A DNA stretch of 64,000 nt from a virus (taxonomy: Duplodnaviria > Caudoviricetes). Below, in pieces: positions 54,484-64,000 of this stretch. The notes beneath the pieces were generated by a model. That model was not told where the DNA came from. It saw only the letters and a program-made list of their open reading frames with translations, and did no database searches. The stretch is from IMG/VR virus record IMGVR_UViG_3300001765_000076, positions 14,122 to 78,121 of that record; one strand, given 5' to 3'. Every line of letters begins with the position of its first letter. Position 1 is the stretch's first letter. Made by a program: the position numbers and the translations under genes.

Positions 54484-57400
54484 TTACCAATACAAATCGT
54501 CACCTACTGTTGAAAATCTATTATAAAAATCAGCAGCAGCTCCATTTCTAACCTCTTCCATACAATTTGAACACCCTTCAAATATGTTCATAAATGATTC
54601 AGTGGCAGACTCAATTGTTGTAAATGTTTTTGTTTTCCATGTTATATATTTAGCATCTGACATTAAATAACTCAATTGGGAATTGACAGTACTACCTATT
54701 TTACCTTTTATCTCATTTACATCGTTACCATATTTACCACCTTTTGACCAGTGGACTAGACCAGTTGATATACCACCTTTATTTGTGGAATCTAAACTAA
54801 ATGTACTTTCTTGCCATATATTACCCATTAATCCAGCCACTTTGTATTTATCTAACCCAGCTGTTGATTTTAAATATATTTTAACATCCTTTTGATTTTG
54901 TAACTGTAGTTTTGTTGCGTTTTTTGTATTTACTGGTGTTGTAGCTTGTTCTGGCCATTTTGCATATGGTATAATCAATATGGAGTTTTTATCTTTCTTA
55001 TTTTCAATCATATTGGCACATTCACCTTCGGATGTGTATCTATTTCCAGACATTTTTGGTGTTAGGGATTTATCGCCTTTGATTGCGTGTTTAGCTAGTC
55101 CTATATGTACCCAATATGACCTACTGTTTTCAGTTTCAAATAGTAATTGATCTATATTTAAACCACTATACATGAGAGTTTTAATTGAATCATATAGTTC
55201 TAGCGTTTTTTCTTTTGTACTATCTGATTTTAATTGAATATCACAGGCTAGTCCCAATAAGTGAGCAGAACCATCGTTTTTATTGACTAAGTTTTCTCTA
55301 TAACCACTATTTATATTGAAGTCTTCACCACCTTTAGCTTTAAAATTTTGATAAAATGTTTCAATATGTAATGATAAATATTTTAACCTGTTATATATTT
55401 TTCCAGGTATAGCTAATTTACCGCCACCGACATAATCAGAAATTTTAAAATGATCCGTAGCTTCAATAAATTTCTGGTCTTTTGTAAATGTTACTGGTGG
55501 AGCATCTTTCACTTCTGCTGGTGCAATTCCCAAATCATAAGTACCTAACGTCCCCATCAAATTAAATGATAGAGCATTTTCAGTCAATAATTTTGGGTAT
55601 GTTTTAGCCATCCTCATACCAGTAAACTTTGTTGTCATAACCCCTGGTACTATTGAGTGCTTAATTTTAAATATCATATACACACCATTCCACATTGGAA
55701 CTGAATTTAATTGAAAATACATCATTGGTTGAATTTGAGCACAACCAGCCATCTCTACATCACATGTATAAGCATATTGTGAGTATAAAGCAAATAAATC
55801 TTGACCAATAGGACTTAATGTTGAATTTTGATTAGCTCTATCTACTATTTGCTGTAATGCTTTAATAGATGCATCTGTAACGTTAGGGTTAGACATATTT
55901 AATTGATAATTTTTAAAATATGATTGATTTTGTCTTCCATGGCTAATACCTATTGTAGGTACTTTATTTTCCAAACCTAGACTAAAATCTTGTGGTATTT
56001 TTCTTCTACCTAATTCAGTACTTAAATCATATCCATTATATTTATCTTCACTTAAATTAAAACCATCATCTTTATTTATTCCATTATCTAATTTCGATGA
56101 TGGTCTACCTGTGTACATACATAGATACAGTGATTTATCCTCTTCTGTGTCTTCTTTAAACATATTAGACTCAATGTATGGTACTGGTTCAAATATTTTA
56201 CTTAAATCATCTCTTGATTGAAATGATTGATAGCTAGGCATAGGTATGAACACCAGCTGATTACCTGATAGTACATCTGTGATCAATGAAAATAGCGTTT
56301 TATCTACACTTACATTACCTATATCATCAAATAATTTATTGAAATCTAATAATATTTTATTTCCAATATCATTATGTGCTCTATCTATGAATCTAAAGTT
56401 CTTGATATAATAACCATAACTACCATCTTCTTTCTTTTCTGGTAAACCTAACATATTACTAGTTTTACCCCCATCTCCTGGTTTTTTGTTTGTTATCCAA
56501 TGATATTCCTTATCACCATCTTTACTGAAACCCATAACCCATTTATCATGCAACGTTTTTAAATAGGTGTAACAGGCTAGATTTAAATCTGGATTATTGT
56601 TTATAGACACTGGTTCTTTACCTGTTTGATTGGCTGAGTCGGTTGTTTCTAATTTTGTACTTGATGTACCATTTTTAACTTTTATAAAATGTGCTAGCAT
56701 TTTATCTATTATAGTATCAACCCTTTTTTGGGTAATTGATTCATCAATAACACCATTACCACTATAATTTATTAGTGTTTCATTTATTAATAAATTCAAA
56801 ATTAATTTTACACCATTACCACCATTATTATTTATTAAATTAAGATCCTCAGATATTGTAATTACTCTGTCTATCCTAGCGTAATTTTCTAACGCATTTT
56901 TATTTATGTTTTGTTTCAAAAATTTTACCGTAAGTTTTTTATCAAAATTATTACATAACTTAGCAAATGTATGATCATTATAATTAGTTAAATTTTGTTC
57001 GTTTTCTTTTGGAGTTATTTCAAACTCGTTTCTTATGTCTATCCAGCCATCTGTTTTATTGCTTGTTTTAGACCATTCCTCAAAATATTTTTGTAATTCA
57101 TCAGATATTTCACTATTTAATAATATATGTATTTTAGATTCAGTATATGGTTGTTTTTCATTGGCATCCGTACTGCTTGCTATAAAAAACATACCACTTT
57201 TTTTGAAGTATTGATTATTTTTAGGTAATAAATATGTTTTTGTGGTATTATCAATACCTTTTGTTGTACATCTATTCAGCCAACCTTGTGGCATTTTATT
57301 ATGGAAAATCATAGAGCCAATAAATAGTGCAACTGATTTTGGTAGTCTAATTATTTTACTTCTCAAGCTCACCCCATTTACACTACTTAGGTAACTTTCT

Positions 57401-60279
57401 AAATTTTCTGTATTTATTTCTAGTGTTTGTAAAAATAAAAATGCTTTTCTCTTATTATTAAACTCTATACTTGTACCAGTATTTTGTGCATAATATAATT
57501 TATGACCAAATAGAGATATTGGAAAATTTTTATTTATATCCCAGGTACCGAAACCAAGACTAAACTCATGGCCAAATATTTTAAAGTCTAAACTAGTGGT
57601 TATTTCTTGTGTGTATTCGTAATCACCACACCCACCTATATGCGGGTATGCTAAGTTACCTAGCATATTTTTTTTATTTTTATCTGTTATCAATAGATTT
57701 ATGCTATTGTCTATAAATTTAGGTATTGTTGTTTGTATCGTTTTTCTATCGGTACTTGAATATAATAGTTTTAATGGTGTTGTATTTTTATTTATCCAAA
57801 ATGGTGAATTATATTCTAAATTCCCGCCTGGATTTGATTTTCCAAAAATCTCCGTTTTTGGGTTCATTAAGGCACTGTTGAACGCATTTAAAACGTTTTG
57901 GCTATCTTCTTCATATTCCAATCTAGTATAAAAAATTTTATTACTTAACGGAAAATTTTCATTATAATCACTACTAAATAAATTACCTGATAACTCTAAA
58001 TTGTAATTATCTAATATGTTAGACATATCCTTTTCTGTTGAAACTTGAATTCTTTTTTCTATCTCTTTATGTCTATCATATATTTTCGTTATGTTATCTA
58101 CCCCTTCTATTATTTTAATAGTTTTTGAAATATGATTTTGATCCCAGTAATTACCATTTTTCTTATCTCCAGTTACGAAATTTTTATATCCAGTAGATGT
58201 AGACCCAAATAACGGTATTATTTTATTATTATTTAAATCATAAGTATATTCATTATATTTATCTGGATTTGCACCAGCCGATATAAATTTTTTATGTAGT
58301 GGAAAATATTCTCTATGTTTAACATATATATTCCCAGGTTTCTTTATTTCGTTTAGTGCATTCTTAACGTATGAATCTAAGTTATCAAAACTTTTTAGTG
58401 AATCTATTATATTATTCGCTTCAGCCATGGCAAAGCTTCTATCATTACTTTCACTAGAGGATAAAGTGAGTATTTCAGTTATTCTAATACCTATACTTGA
58501 TATTAGCTCATTTGTTAATTTGTCACCGCTCAGTTCTTTTATAGTACCATATGGTGTGTTTTCTACACCACCAATAAGAGATATTGAATTATCGAAAGCA
58601 TTTATAGGATACCATAATTCACCTATTTCTACATTAGCTGTTGTTGTAACTCCAGTTGGTTCTTCTAGTGCCGTTACCTTATTTATTTCCTCTAATTTGG
58701 TCATAACATCGGCTCTACACTTAATAAAATCAGCTACTAATTGTACTTCTTCTAATGTTTGATACTCTGGTTTATCTCCAATATATGTGTCTACGTTATT
58801 TTGCGTATACCATGGAAATGGGGTAAGTATATCACCACCTTTGATATCTGTGTCATCTATAGATATCCCTAATTTAGATAGCGGTCTTTTCGAATTGTTT
58901 ATTTTTTGTGTTACTTCTGTTATATGATTGTACATAGTCTCCATATGAGCTATCAATACCTTCATATAATTAAATAACGTTGGTTTTATACCTATACTTT
59001 CCTCTATTAATCTATTTACACTTGATTCAGTGCCTACAACTAGATTACTCCTAGATTTCTCTGCTTTTATTCCGCCATCTATAGCTTGTGTATATAATTC
59101 GGTTAAATCTAACGTATATGTAGTATCAGAATTTTGTGTTGGAACTGGAACCACATTTTCCTTGTATGTAAATGTGGTTTGATCTTTATGATTTGTAATA
59201 AAACTGTTTAATAATGCTATTAACGCTTTTTTTTCAATATCTATTTTAGTTTCTGCGTATACTGAACCTACTTTACTAGTGCTTTTAACGCTTTTACCAT
59301 CAACTAACTTACCATCGAAATTTCTAATAAATGACTTACTGTAATCTTCTATTTTTAATCTAATCTCTTTTATCTCGACAACTATTGCTTCCTGAGCCTT
59401 TGCTTCTTTTGAAACTTTATCCTCAGCATTAAATTTAGCTACATCGAAACTTGCATCCTTTATTTTTTTAAATAGTGATATCATCGTTGGTAGTGGTCTA
59501 TCCTCATATGACCTATATGGTCCACCTTCTATTGTTTTACTAGCCCAGTATGGACCCACACTATCTATATTAGTAGCTTGTTTTGCATCAACATAAGGAG
59601 CAGCCATCATGTAGGCTACCTGTACGTCATTTAACATCGCATAAGTATAACCAATAAAATGAACAGTTATTTCAAAATTACCTGTTTGTGAGTTAAATTG
59701 AGCTTTAAAATCTGAACAGTGTAGTTTATAAGATACAGCATCCCCATAGTGACCTTTAACCTTTAAAGTATACATTGGATAAGGAAAGGAAAAAAACGAT
59801 TTAAAAACACTCTCATTACCGTCTCCACCGTATTCAGTAGGATCAAACAACGCGGCACCTCTAACATCAACAAAATTAATAATAACCGATGCAGCATACC
59901 ATGAGTTAAACTCAATATCAATAGAGCTAATACACATCGCCTCATCTACTTTTTCAACATCACTAGTACTCTGATCTATATTAGTAAAAAAATCAGTAAG
60001 TACCCTAGACCCACCCAACTCACTACCAGATAAAAATCCTTGTGTTTTACCCTGACTGATTAAACTAAATTTTCTTACTGTATTAGTTTCTGGTCTTCCA
60101 ACGGCATATGTATTATGTGTTTTATAATCAACTATCAAGTCAACGGCAATCGAATAATCTTCTGGATTTTTAAATATATTAGGTGTATTTTGAGCGTTAA
60201 AACCATATGGGTCTGAACCACTTGGAATTGTATCATTTGGGTCAAAATATAATATCTTATTAGCGTTATTTTCTGGCAT
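54484..60279 (-). CDS. Giant baseplate-hub/tail-tip protein with peptidase M15 and phage tail lysozyme domains
   Basis: INSGYR..SAHLLGLACDI..QLLFE..WVHIG (M15); AGLMGNIWQES..GLVHW (tail lysozyme). Confidence 0.8.
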   Translation of the reverse strand: MPENNANKILYFDPNDTIPSGSDPYGFNAQNTPNIFKNPEDYSIAVDLIVDYKTHNTYAVGRPETNTVRKFSLISQGKTQGFLSGSELGGSRVLTDFFTNIDQSTSDVEKVDEAMCISSIDIEFNSWYAASVIINFVDVRGAALFDPTEYGGDGNESVFKSFFSFPYPMYTLKVKGHYGDAVSYKLHCSDFKAQFNSQTGNFEITVHFIGYTYAMLNDVQVAYMMAAPYVDAKQATNIDSVGPYWASKTIEGGPYRSYEDRPLPTMISLFKKIKDASFDVAKFNAEDKVSKEAKAQEAIVVEIKEIRLKIEDYSKSFIRNFDGKLVDGKSVKSTSKVGSVYAETKIDIEKKALIALLNSFITNHKDQTTFTYKENVVPVPTQNSDTTYTLDLTELYTQAIDGGIKAEKSRSNLVVGTESSVNRLIEESIGIKPTLFNYMKVLIAHMETMYNHITEVTQKINNSKRPLSKLGISIDDTDIKGGDILTPFPWYTQNNVDTYIGDKPEYQTLEEVQLVADFIKCRADVMTKLEEINKVTALEEPTGVTTTANVEIGELWYPINAFDNSISLIGGVENTPYGTIKELSGDKLTNELISSIGIRITEILTLSSSESNDRSFAMAEANNIIDSLKSFDNLDSYVKNALNEIKKPGNIYVKHREYFPLHKKFISAGANPDKYNEYTYDLNNNKIIPLFGSTSTGYKNFVTGDKKNGNYWDQNHISKTIKIIEGVDNITKIYDRHKEIEKRIQVSTEKDMSNILDNYNLELSGNLFSSDYNENFPLSNKIFYTRLEYEEDSQNVLNAFNSALMNPKTEIFGKSNPGGNLEYNSPFWINKNTTPLKLLYSSTDRKTIQTTIPKFIDNSINLLITDKNKKNMLGNLAYPHIGGCGDYEYTQEITTSLDFKIFGHEFSLGFGTWDINKNFPISLFGHKLYYAQNTGTSIEFNNKRKAFLFLQTLEINTENLESYLSSVNGVSLRSKIIRLPKSVALFIGSMIFHNKMPQGWLNRCTTKGIDNTTKTYLLPKNNQYFKKSGMFFIASSTDANEKQPYTESKIHILLNSEISDELQKYFEEWSKTSNKTDGWIDIRNEFEITPKENEQNLTNYNDHTFAKLCNNFDKKLTVKFLKQNINKNALENYARIDRVITISEDLNLINNNGGNGVKLILNLLINETLINYSGNGVIDESITQKRVDTIIDKMLAHFIKVKNGTSSTKLETTDSANQTGKEPVSINNNPDLNLACYTYLKTLHDKWVMGFSKDGDKEYHWITNKKPGDGGKTSNMLGLPEKKEDGSYGYYIKNFRFIDRAHNDIGNKILLDFNKLFDDIGNVSVDKTLFSLITDVLSGNQLVFIPMPSYQSFQSRDDLSKIFEPVPYIESNMFKEDTEEDKSLYLCMYTGRPSSKLDNGINKDDGFNLSEDKYNGYDLSTELGRRKIPQDFSLGLENKVPTIGISHGRQNQSYFKNYQLNMSNPNVTDASIKALQQIVDRANQNSTLSPIGQDLFALYSQYAYTCDVEMAGCAQIQPMMYFQLNSVPMWNGVYMIFKIKHSIVPGVMTTKFTGMRMAKTYPKLLTENALSFNLMGTLGTYDLGIAPAEVKDAPPVTFTKDQKFIEATDHFKISDYVGGGKLAIPGKIYNRLKYLSLHIETFYQNFKAKGGEDFNINSGYRENLVNKNDGSAHLLGLACDIQLKSDSTKEKTLELYDSIKTLMYSGLNIDQLLFETENSRSYWVHIGLAKHAIKGDKSLTPKMSGNRYTSEGECANMIENKKDKNSILIIPYAKWPEQATTPVNTKNATKLQLQNQKDVKIYLKSTAGLDKYKVAGLMGNIWQESTFSLDSTNKGGISTGLVHWSKGGKYGNDVNEIKGKIGSTVNSQLSYLMSDAKYITWKTKTFTTIESATESFMNIFEGCSNCMEEVRNGAAADFYNRFSTVGDDLYW

Positions 60280-60328
60280 ATCTATAAGTGATTGGTATTA
60301 AATTTATTATAACTTTTTTATTTTATTA

Positions 60329-60643
60329 TTAAATCCCGTAATAAGTTGAATACTTAGAGACCTCATTATTATATAGTTGAATGGTTGTTTCTAATGGGTA
60401 TGGTATTAAAATAGATGCACCATCTGGTATCTCAAACTCTAGACCGCCATATTCTGGATTGGCTAACATAATCAACCAACCGTAATTTGGATCCTCATAA
60501 TATTTATATGATAGTAAATCCATCCTGGTAGTACCTAATTTATATTGAATTTCTTTATCGGATGTCTTTCTTTTTAATTTAATAAAAGGAACGTTTTTTG
60601 GTGTGTTATCAACTCTAAATGGTTTGTATCTATCAATAGCCAT
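60329..60643 (-). CDS. LysM-like/T4 gp53-like baseplate protein (likely start MAIDRY at 60643)
   Basis: RMDLLSYKYYEDPNYGWLIMLANP..IPDGASILIP. Confidence 0.8.
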   Translation of the reverse strand: MAIDRYKPFRVDNTPKNVPFIKLKRKTSDKEIQYKLGTTRMDLLSYKYYEDPNYGWLIMLANPEYGGLEFEIPDGASILIPYPLETTIQLYNNEVSKYSTYYGI

Positions 60644-60657
60644 AATATAATATTTAA

Positions 60658-60667
60658 TATAAATATA
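60658..60667 (-). promoter_or_regulatory. Candidate late promoter TATATTTATA
   Basis: Between a terminator and the start at 60643. Confidence 0.55.
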
Positions 60668-60689
60668 AGTAAAAGGTTTTTTAAAAGAA

Positions 60690-60717
60690 AAAAGCGGAAA
60701 TATCACTAAATCCGCTT
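60690..60717 (-). terminator. Intrinsic terminator
   Basis: AAGCGGA / TCCGCTT stem plus U-tract on the minus strand. Confidence 0.65.
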
Positions 60718-60737
60718 CTAAATTATAATATTATAAA

Positions 60738-63700
60738 TTAATCATAAATCCTTGGGTTGTACATCAAATCATAGTTATCATCATATTTCTTAGTTCTTTC
60801 GTTGTATGTATAGCTTTTTAATCTATCATTTCTATCATCGTAAACTCCTGTATTAGCAAAGAAATTGAATGTAATAGCATTTTGTAGTCTAGCTATCGGT
60901 CCAGTTAAATCAGAACCACCAACGAATTTAAATTGTATATTTACATCAGCCATCATCGGTTGTACCCCTATACCCTCTGTATTTAAATCAAAAATAAGTG
61001 GCTCATAATTAATAGCTAAACTACTAACAATTATCTTAGTGTTATAAAAATCACCGATTCTCAATACACATACTGGAGGTCTACCAAATGACATATTACC
61101 AGCGGTAGTCGATGATTTTTCTTTATTTGTTGGTCCTTGCCTAGTACATTGATTTAAAAATGTTAGTCTACTATTAAATCCCTCTGGTGTGGTACTATGA
61201 AATGCTGGATGAAAATGTTTAATTTTACGTGAATATTCACCCATTAATTCCTCAACAAAATCATCGGTTGGATTTAAAGGTTCAAAAAATTGAGCTTCGT
61301 CGTTGAAAAGTGTTTCATTTTGATTTTTTGGACTATATGTTTTATTATCACCCCAATAATAACCATGCATATTTTTATGCTGTCTTTTGGTTTTATTTAT
61401 AGCTTCATCTTTAGCTTGTTTAGCTTCCATGGCTTTTTTATCATCTTCATTTACTATTTCTGTGGTTGAATTGAAAGTCATTTGAACTAATACACATCTA
61501 TCTTTTTTAACTATTTCCGCATTTGTATCGTCTGCGTATTTACCATAATTTTCTTTACTAACAAAACTTTTAATGGGTTCAATTTTTGCGTTTGTAAAAT
61601 AATCACCCAACCATTTACCTATTAATTCACCTCTGTTATTGGCTAGTGCATCGTTTTTTTCTACACCGCCAGCTACATCATTACCTTGAGAGCTTGCATA
61701 ACCAACTATCTCTATTTTTTGTATTTCTTTAATATCATTTTTATTTAGAACTAAATTGTTATCGAATGAAATATCAGTACCTTTATTAATTAGTTCATAC
61801 ATTTCTTTAAAAGAACATATTACATTTCCAGTAGAATTTGAATCTGTATTGTTATTATTATATCGTTTACTATTTAATTCAAATGATAATAAATCCTTTA
61901 CATTATATTCCCCATAACCATAATTCTCACCAACAATTTTCTTTTTTCTTATTCTTAACATTTCATCTTTTTTATCTTCATCAAATATATAAAAGCTATC
62001 ATCAATTCTTAATACCTTATCGGCTGTTATTTTAGTTTTCAACGCCTCTATTTCTCTCATACTACCATTATTTATTACTTCCCATCCCTTCTGCTGTTGC
62101 TCTGGGAACGCCGATACTAATACTGGACTATAATAAAAACCATCAAAAACAGTTAAATTATATTCTGGAAATTTTAGATTGAAATCATCGGTCACTATTT
62201 CGATATTACCTATTGCGTTTTTACTTGCCTGTGACAACGTTTCGCCATTGTAAGTTAAATCACAATCAAATATTGAATTAAAACTGACTGTACCGCCACT
62301 TACACCGCTCTCTGAATAGTTGGTATAAGGAGTAATACTATATTCACTATGAACTATACTTAAATAATTATTAATTTCAGTTAGTATATCGTTTAACATT
62401 GAAATTGCATTGTCTGAATATGACGTTCTACAACTAATATTTTCATTCATTGTTAGTCCAGTTTTAGGAGCCATCTCATATCCCTTACCACTTGGGTATT
62501 CTGGATCGCAATAAGCACCACTATACAAATATTTTATTAATTTAGCTGGATCTTCCATATAGTCTTTTCCACTTAAATTATTAGGAAAATAAACCTTAAA
62601 CTTATAAATAATTGGTTTACCTTCTGGCGTTACTTTAGGTACGTATGGTGGATTATCTTTAACCTCTGGCTCTTTATACTCCAAATCAACAACATCGTTA
62701 CCAGAAAAAAATCTTAGATAATCTTCAGTTTTAATAGTACTACCATCTGGGTTAGCTTGTTTATAATAATTAATTATACTTGGATGGTCAACAATCATTT
62801 TAAAACTTAGAGTTCCACTTCTTTCTGTGTTTATATAACTGTAAACTGGTTCGCCTCTACCAATATAAGTGTCTGAGTTCCAGTTAACTGATGAATCTTC
62901 ATTGAATTTAATATCATAAGGAGGAAACCACATCAATCTACCACCATTAGGACCCTCTTGTGATGTACCCTCAATTAATGAATCCAATGAGCCTTTCCAT
63001 GCTAAATTTTCCAAAGAAAACATATATTTTTTAATGTCGTCTTTACCGTACTTACCATCCCTCTTATAAGGAGTTATTTTAACGAAACCACTATCTTCTA
63101 ATACACCATGAGTCTTTAAAGCCTCAGCACCTGGTCTAACTCTGGCTAAGTCTTTTTCTAATATGGTTAAGTTTTCAGATGTCCCAGTTGGGTTGAAAGG
63201 TCTCATTAAATTTCGTATATTTCTATATTGGTTATTTACCGTCCACACCCTAGCGTAGTTAACGCCATCTTTTTCTTTTAAAGCCCTGCCTCTGCTTACT
63301 ATACCATTGGAATTATCATATTTTGGATCGCTGTTATCTAAATCGGTAATTAAAGTATTTATCTTTCCACTCTTAAATAACTGTTGAGTCTTGTAAAGTA
63401 TTGATTGCTTGTTAGTTATATCTTCTGGACTTGATATTACGTTCTTGCCCGTGCTAGTATCAACTATATAATCACCATTAGAATAATTAGTCCAACTAAA
63501 AGTAGTATCCTTGTGTATATTGAAGTGTACATCACCAGCTTTCTTAACCTCACTGAATAAATAAATTGGAAAAACACCAGAAATAATTTTACTTACGCTT
63601 GAATCTAATTTTAATTTATCTACATCTAAACTATCCACAGCGTCCATAAATCCAAGAGGCTCCTTAGCCCACTTTTCAAACGCTATTTGACCTTTTGATA

Positions 63701-64000
63701 ATACACTATTAGCTAGACTCAAACCCAAAGACTTAGTAGCTGATATACCAAGTGGAGTTTCCGTACCAGCCAATATACTAGCACCCCTACTAACCAAAGT
63801 ATCATTTTGAAAATCAGTTTCACCATTTAAAAGACCTTGTACACTAAAACTTCCACCTCTAACCAAAGATGAAACGGCGTTGATAACTTTTCCTAGAGAG
63901 TTATTGGACTCAATTAAATCAATGTAGGTGTTATTAGCGCCGTATTTATCCACTATTTTATCAAAGTTGATAGTTTCCTCATCTAAGTCCCTAAAAGTCC
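60738..64000 (-). CDS. Baseplate/tube-initiator-like protein with OmpA-like domain (5'-truncated by the window edge)
   Basis: Frame is open to 64000 (TFRDLDEETINFDKIV..); MWFPPYDIKF..IGRGEPVYSY..RSGTLSFK; IEIVGYASSQG..NDALANNRG..DRCV. Confidence 0.7.
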   Translation of the reverse strand, partial: TFRDLDEETINFDKIVDKYGANNTYIDLIESNNSLGKVINAVSSLVRGGSFSVQGLLNGETDFQNDTLVSRGASILAGTETPLGISATKSLGLSLANSVLSKGQIAFEKWAKEPLGFMDAVDSLDVDKLKLDSSVSKIISGVFPIYLFSEVKKAGDVHFNIHKDTTFSWTNYSNGDYIVDTSTGKNVISSPEDITNKQSILYKTQQLFKSGKINTLITDLDNSDPKYDNSNGIVSRGRALKEKDGVNYARVWTVNNQYRNIRNLMRPFNPTGTSENLTILEKDLARVRPGAEALKTHGVLEDSGFVKITPYKRDGKYGKDDIKKYMFSLENLAWKGSLDSLIEGTSQEGPNGGRLMWFPPYDIKFNEDSSVNWNSDTYIGRGEPVYSYINTERSGTLSFKMIVDHPSIINYYKQANPDGSTIKTEDYLRFFSGNDVVDLEYKEPEVKDNPPYVPKVTPEGKPIIYKFKVYFPNNLSGKDYMEDPAKLIKYLYSGAYCDPEYPSGKGYEMAPKTGLTMNENISCRTSYSDNAISMLNDILTEINNYLSIVHSEYSITPYTNYSESGVSGGTVSFNSIFDCDLTYNGETLSQASKNAIGNIEIVTDDFNLKFPEYNLTVFDGFYYSPVLVSAFPEQQQKGWEVINNGSMREIEALKTKITADKVLRIDDSFYIFDEDKKDEMLRIRKKKIVGENYGYGEYNVKDLLSFELNSKRYNNNNTDSNSTGNVICSFKEMYELINKGTDISFDNNLVLNKNDIKEIQKIEIVGYASSQGNDVAGGVEKNDALANNRGELIGKWLGDYFTNAKIEPIKSFVSKENYGKYADDTNAEIVKKDRCVLVQMTFNSTTEIVNEDDKKAMEAKQAKDEAINKTKRQHKNMHGYYWGDNKTYSPKNQNETLFNDEAQFFEPLNPTDDFVEELMGEYSRKIKHFHPAFHSTTPEGFNSRLTFLNQCTRQGPTNKEKSSTTAGNMSFGRPPVCVLRIGDFYNTKIIVSSLAINYEPLIFDLNTEGIGVQPMMADVNIQFKFVGGSDLTGPIARLQNAITFNFFANTGVYDDRNDRLKSYTYNERTKKYDDNYDLMYNPRIYD

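Noticed and set aside
15-62035. Many short plus-strand ORFs in the track (e.g. 15..287, 13921..14433, 21357..21749, 45054..45497, 58427..58762)
   Set aside because: They are antisense shadows of long minus-strand genes with recognisable motifs; they are Leu/Ser/Phe-rich and lack leaders or promoters
1-64000. Alternative genetic code (TAG>Gln as in Lak megaphages, or TAA read-through) suggested by the TAA at 41603
   Set aside because: The standard code gives intact ORFs up to 1931 aa, and both TAA and TAG end genes followed by terminators or coupled starts; only one in-frame stop was seen
1-64000. tRNA, rRNA or tmRNA genes
   Set aside because: No cloverleaf or T-loop (GTTCRA) signature was found by eye in intergenic space, which is short and explained by promoters and terminators

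Overview
64 kb, very AT-rich segment of a large T4-superfamily-like (myovirus, jumbo-type) phage. The host is most likely Bacteroidota: there are nine TTTG-N20-TAnnTTTG promoters and Bacteroidota-typical DUF3127 and DUF4494 genes. Almost all genes are on the minus strand and read in the standard code. Replication/metabolism genes: Clp ATPase (partial), GMP reductase, sigma factor, SbcC/gp46, class II RNR with two inteins, DnaB, RecA/UvsX, dUTPase, gp32-like SSB. Virion genes: a baseplate/tail block at about 19.4-39 kb and 54.5-64 kb (gp25-, gp6- and LysM/gp53-like proteins, a 1931-aa M15 peptidase + lysozyme hub protein, an OmpA-domain protein) and several putative head-internal proteins. Accessory loci: an RHH + Zn-repeat endonuclease cassette, a macrodomain plus metallophosphoesterase pair, and a broken terminase-ATPase paralogue operon with KTSC and PD-(D/E)XK genes. 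Main unexplained signals: (i) a second promoter-like motif, TATATTTATA, paired with a sigma factor whose region 4 is degenerate; (ii) a shared N-terminal I/L-x-E leader on proteins downstream of that motif; (iii) pervasive (S/T)G-x-T and LLME(D/N)G motifs in virion proteins; (iv) structured leader RNAs before the SSB, helicase and holin-like genes; (v) several single-base lesions that could be decay, recoding or consensus error. All family calls come from motif recognition by eye; no database searches were run.
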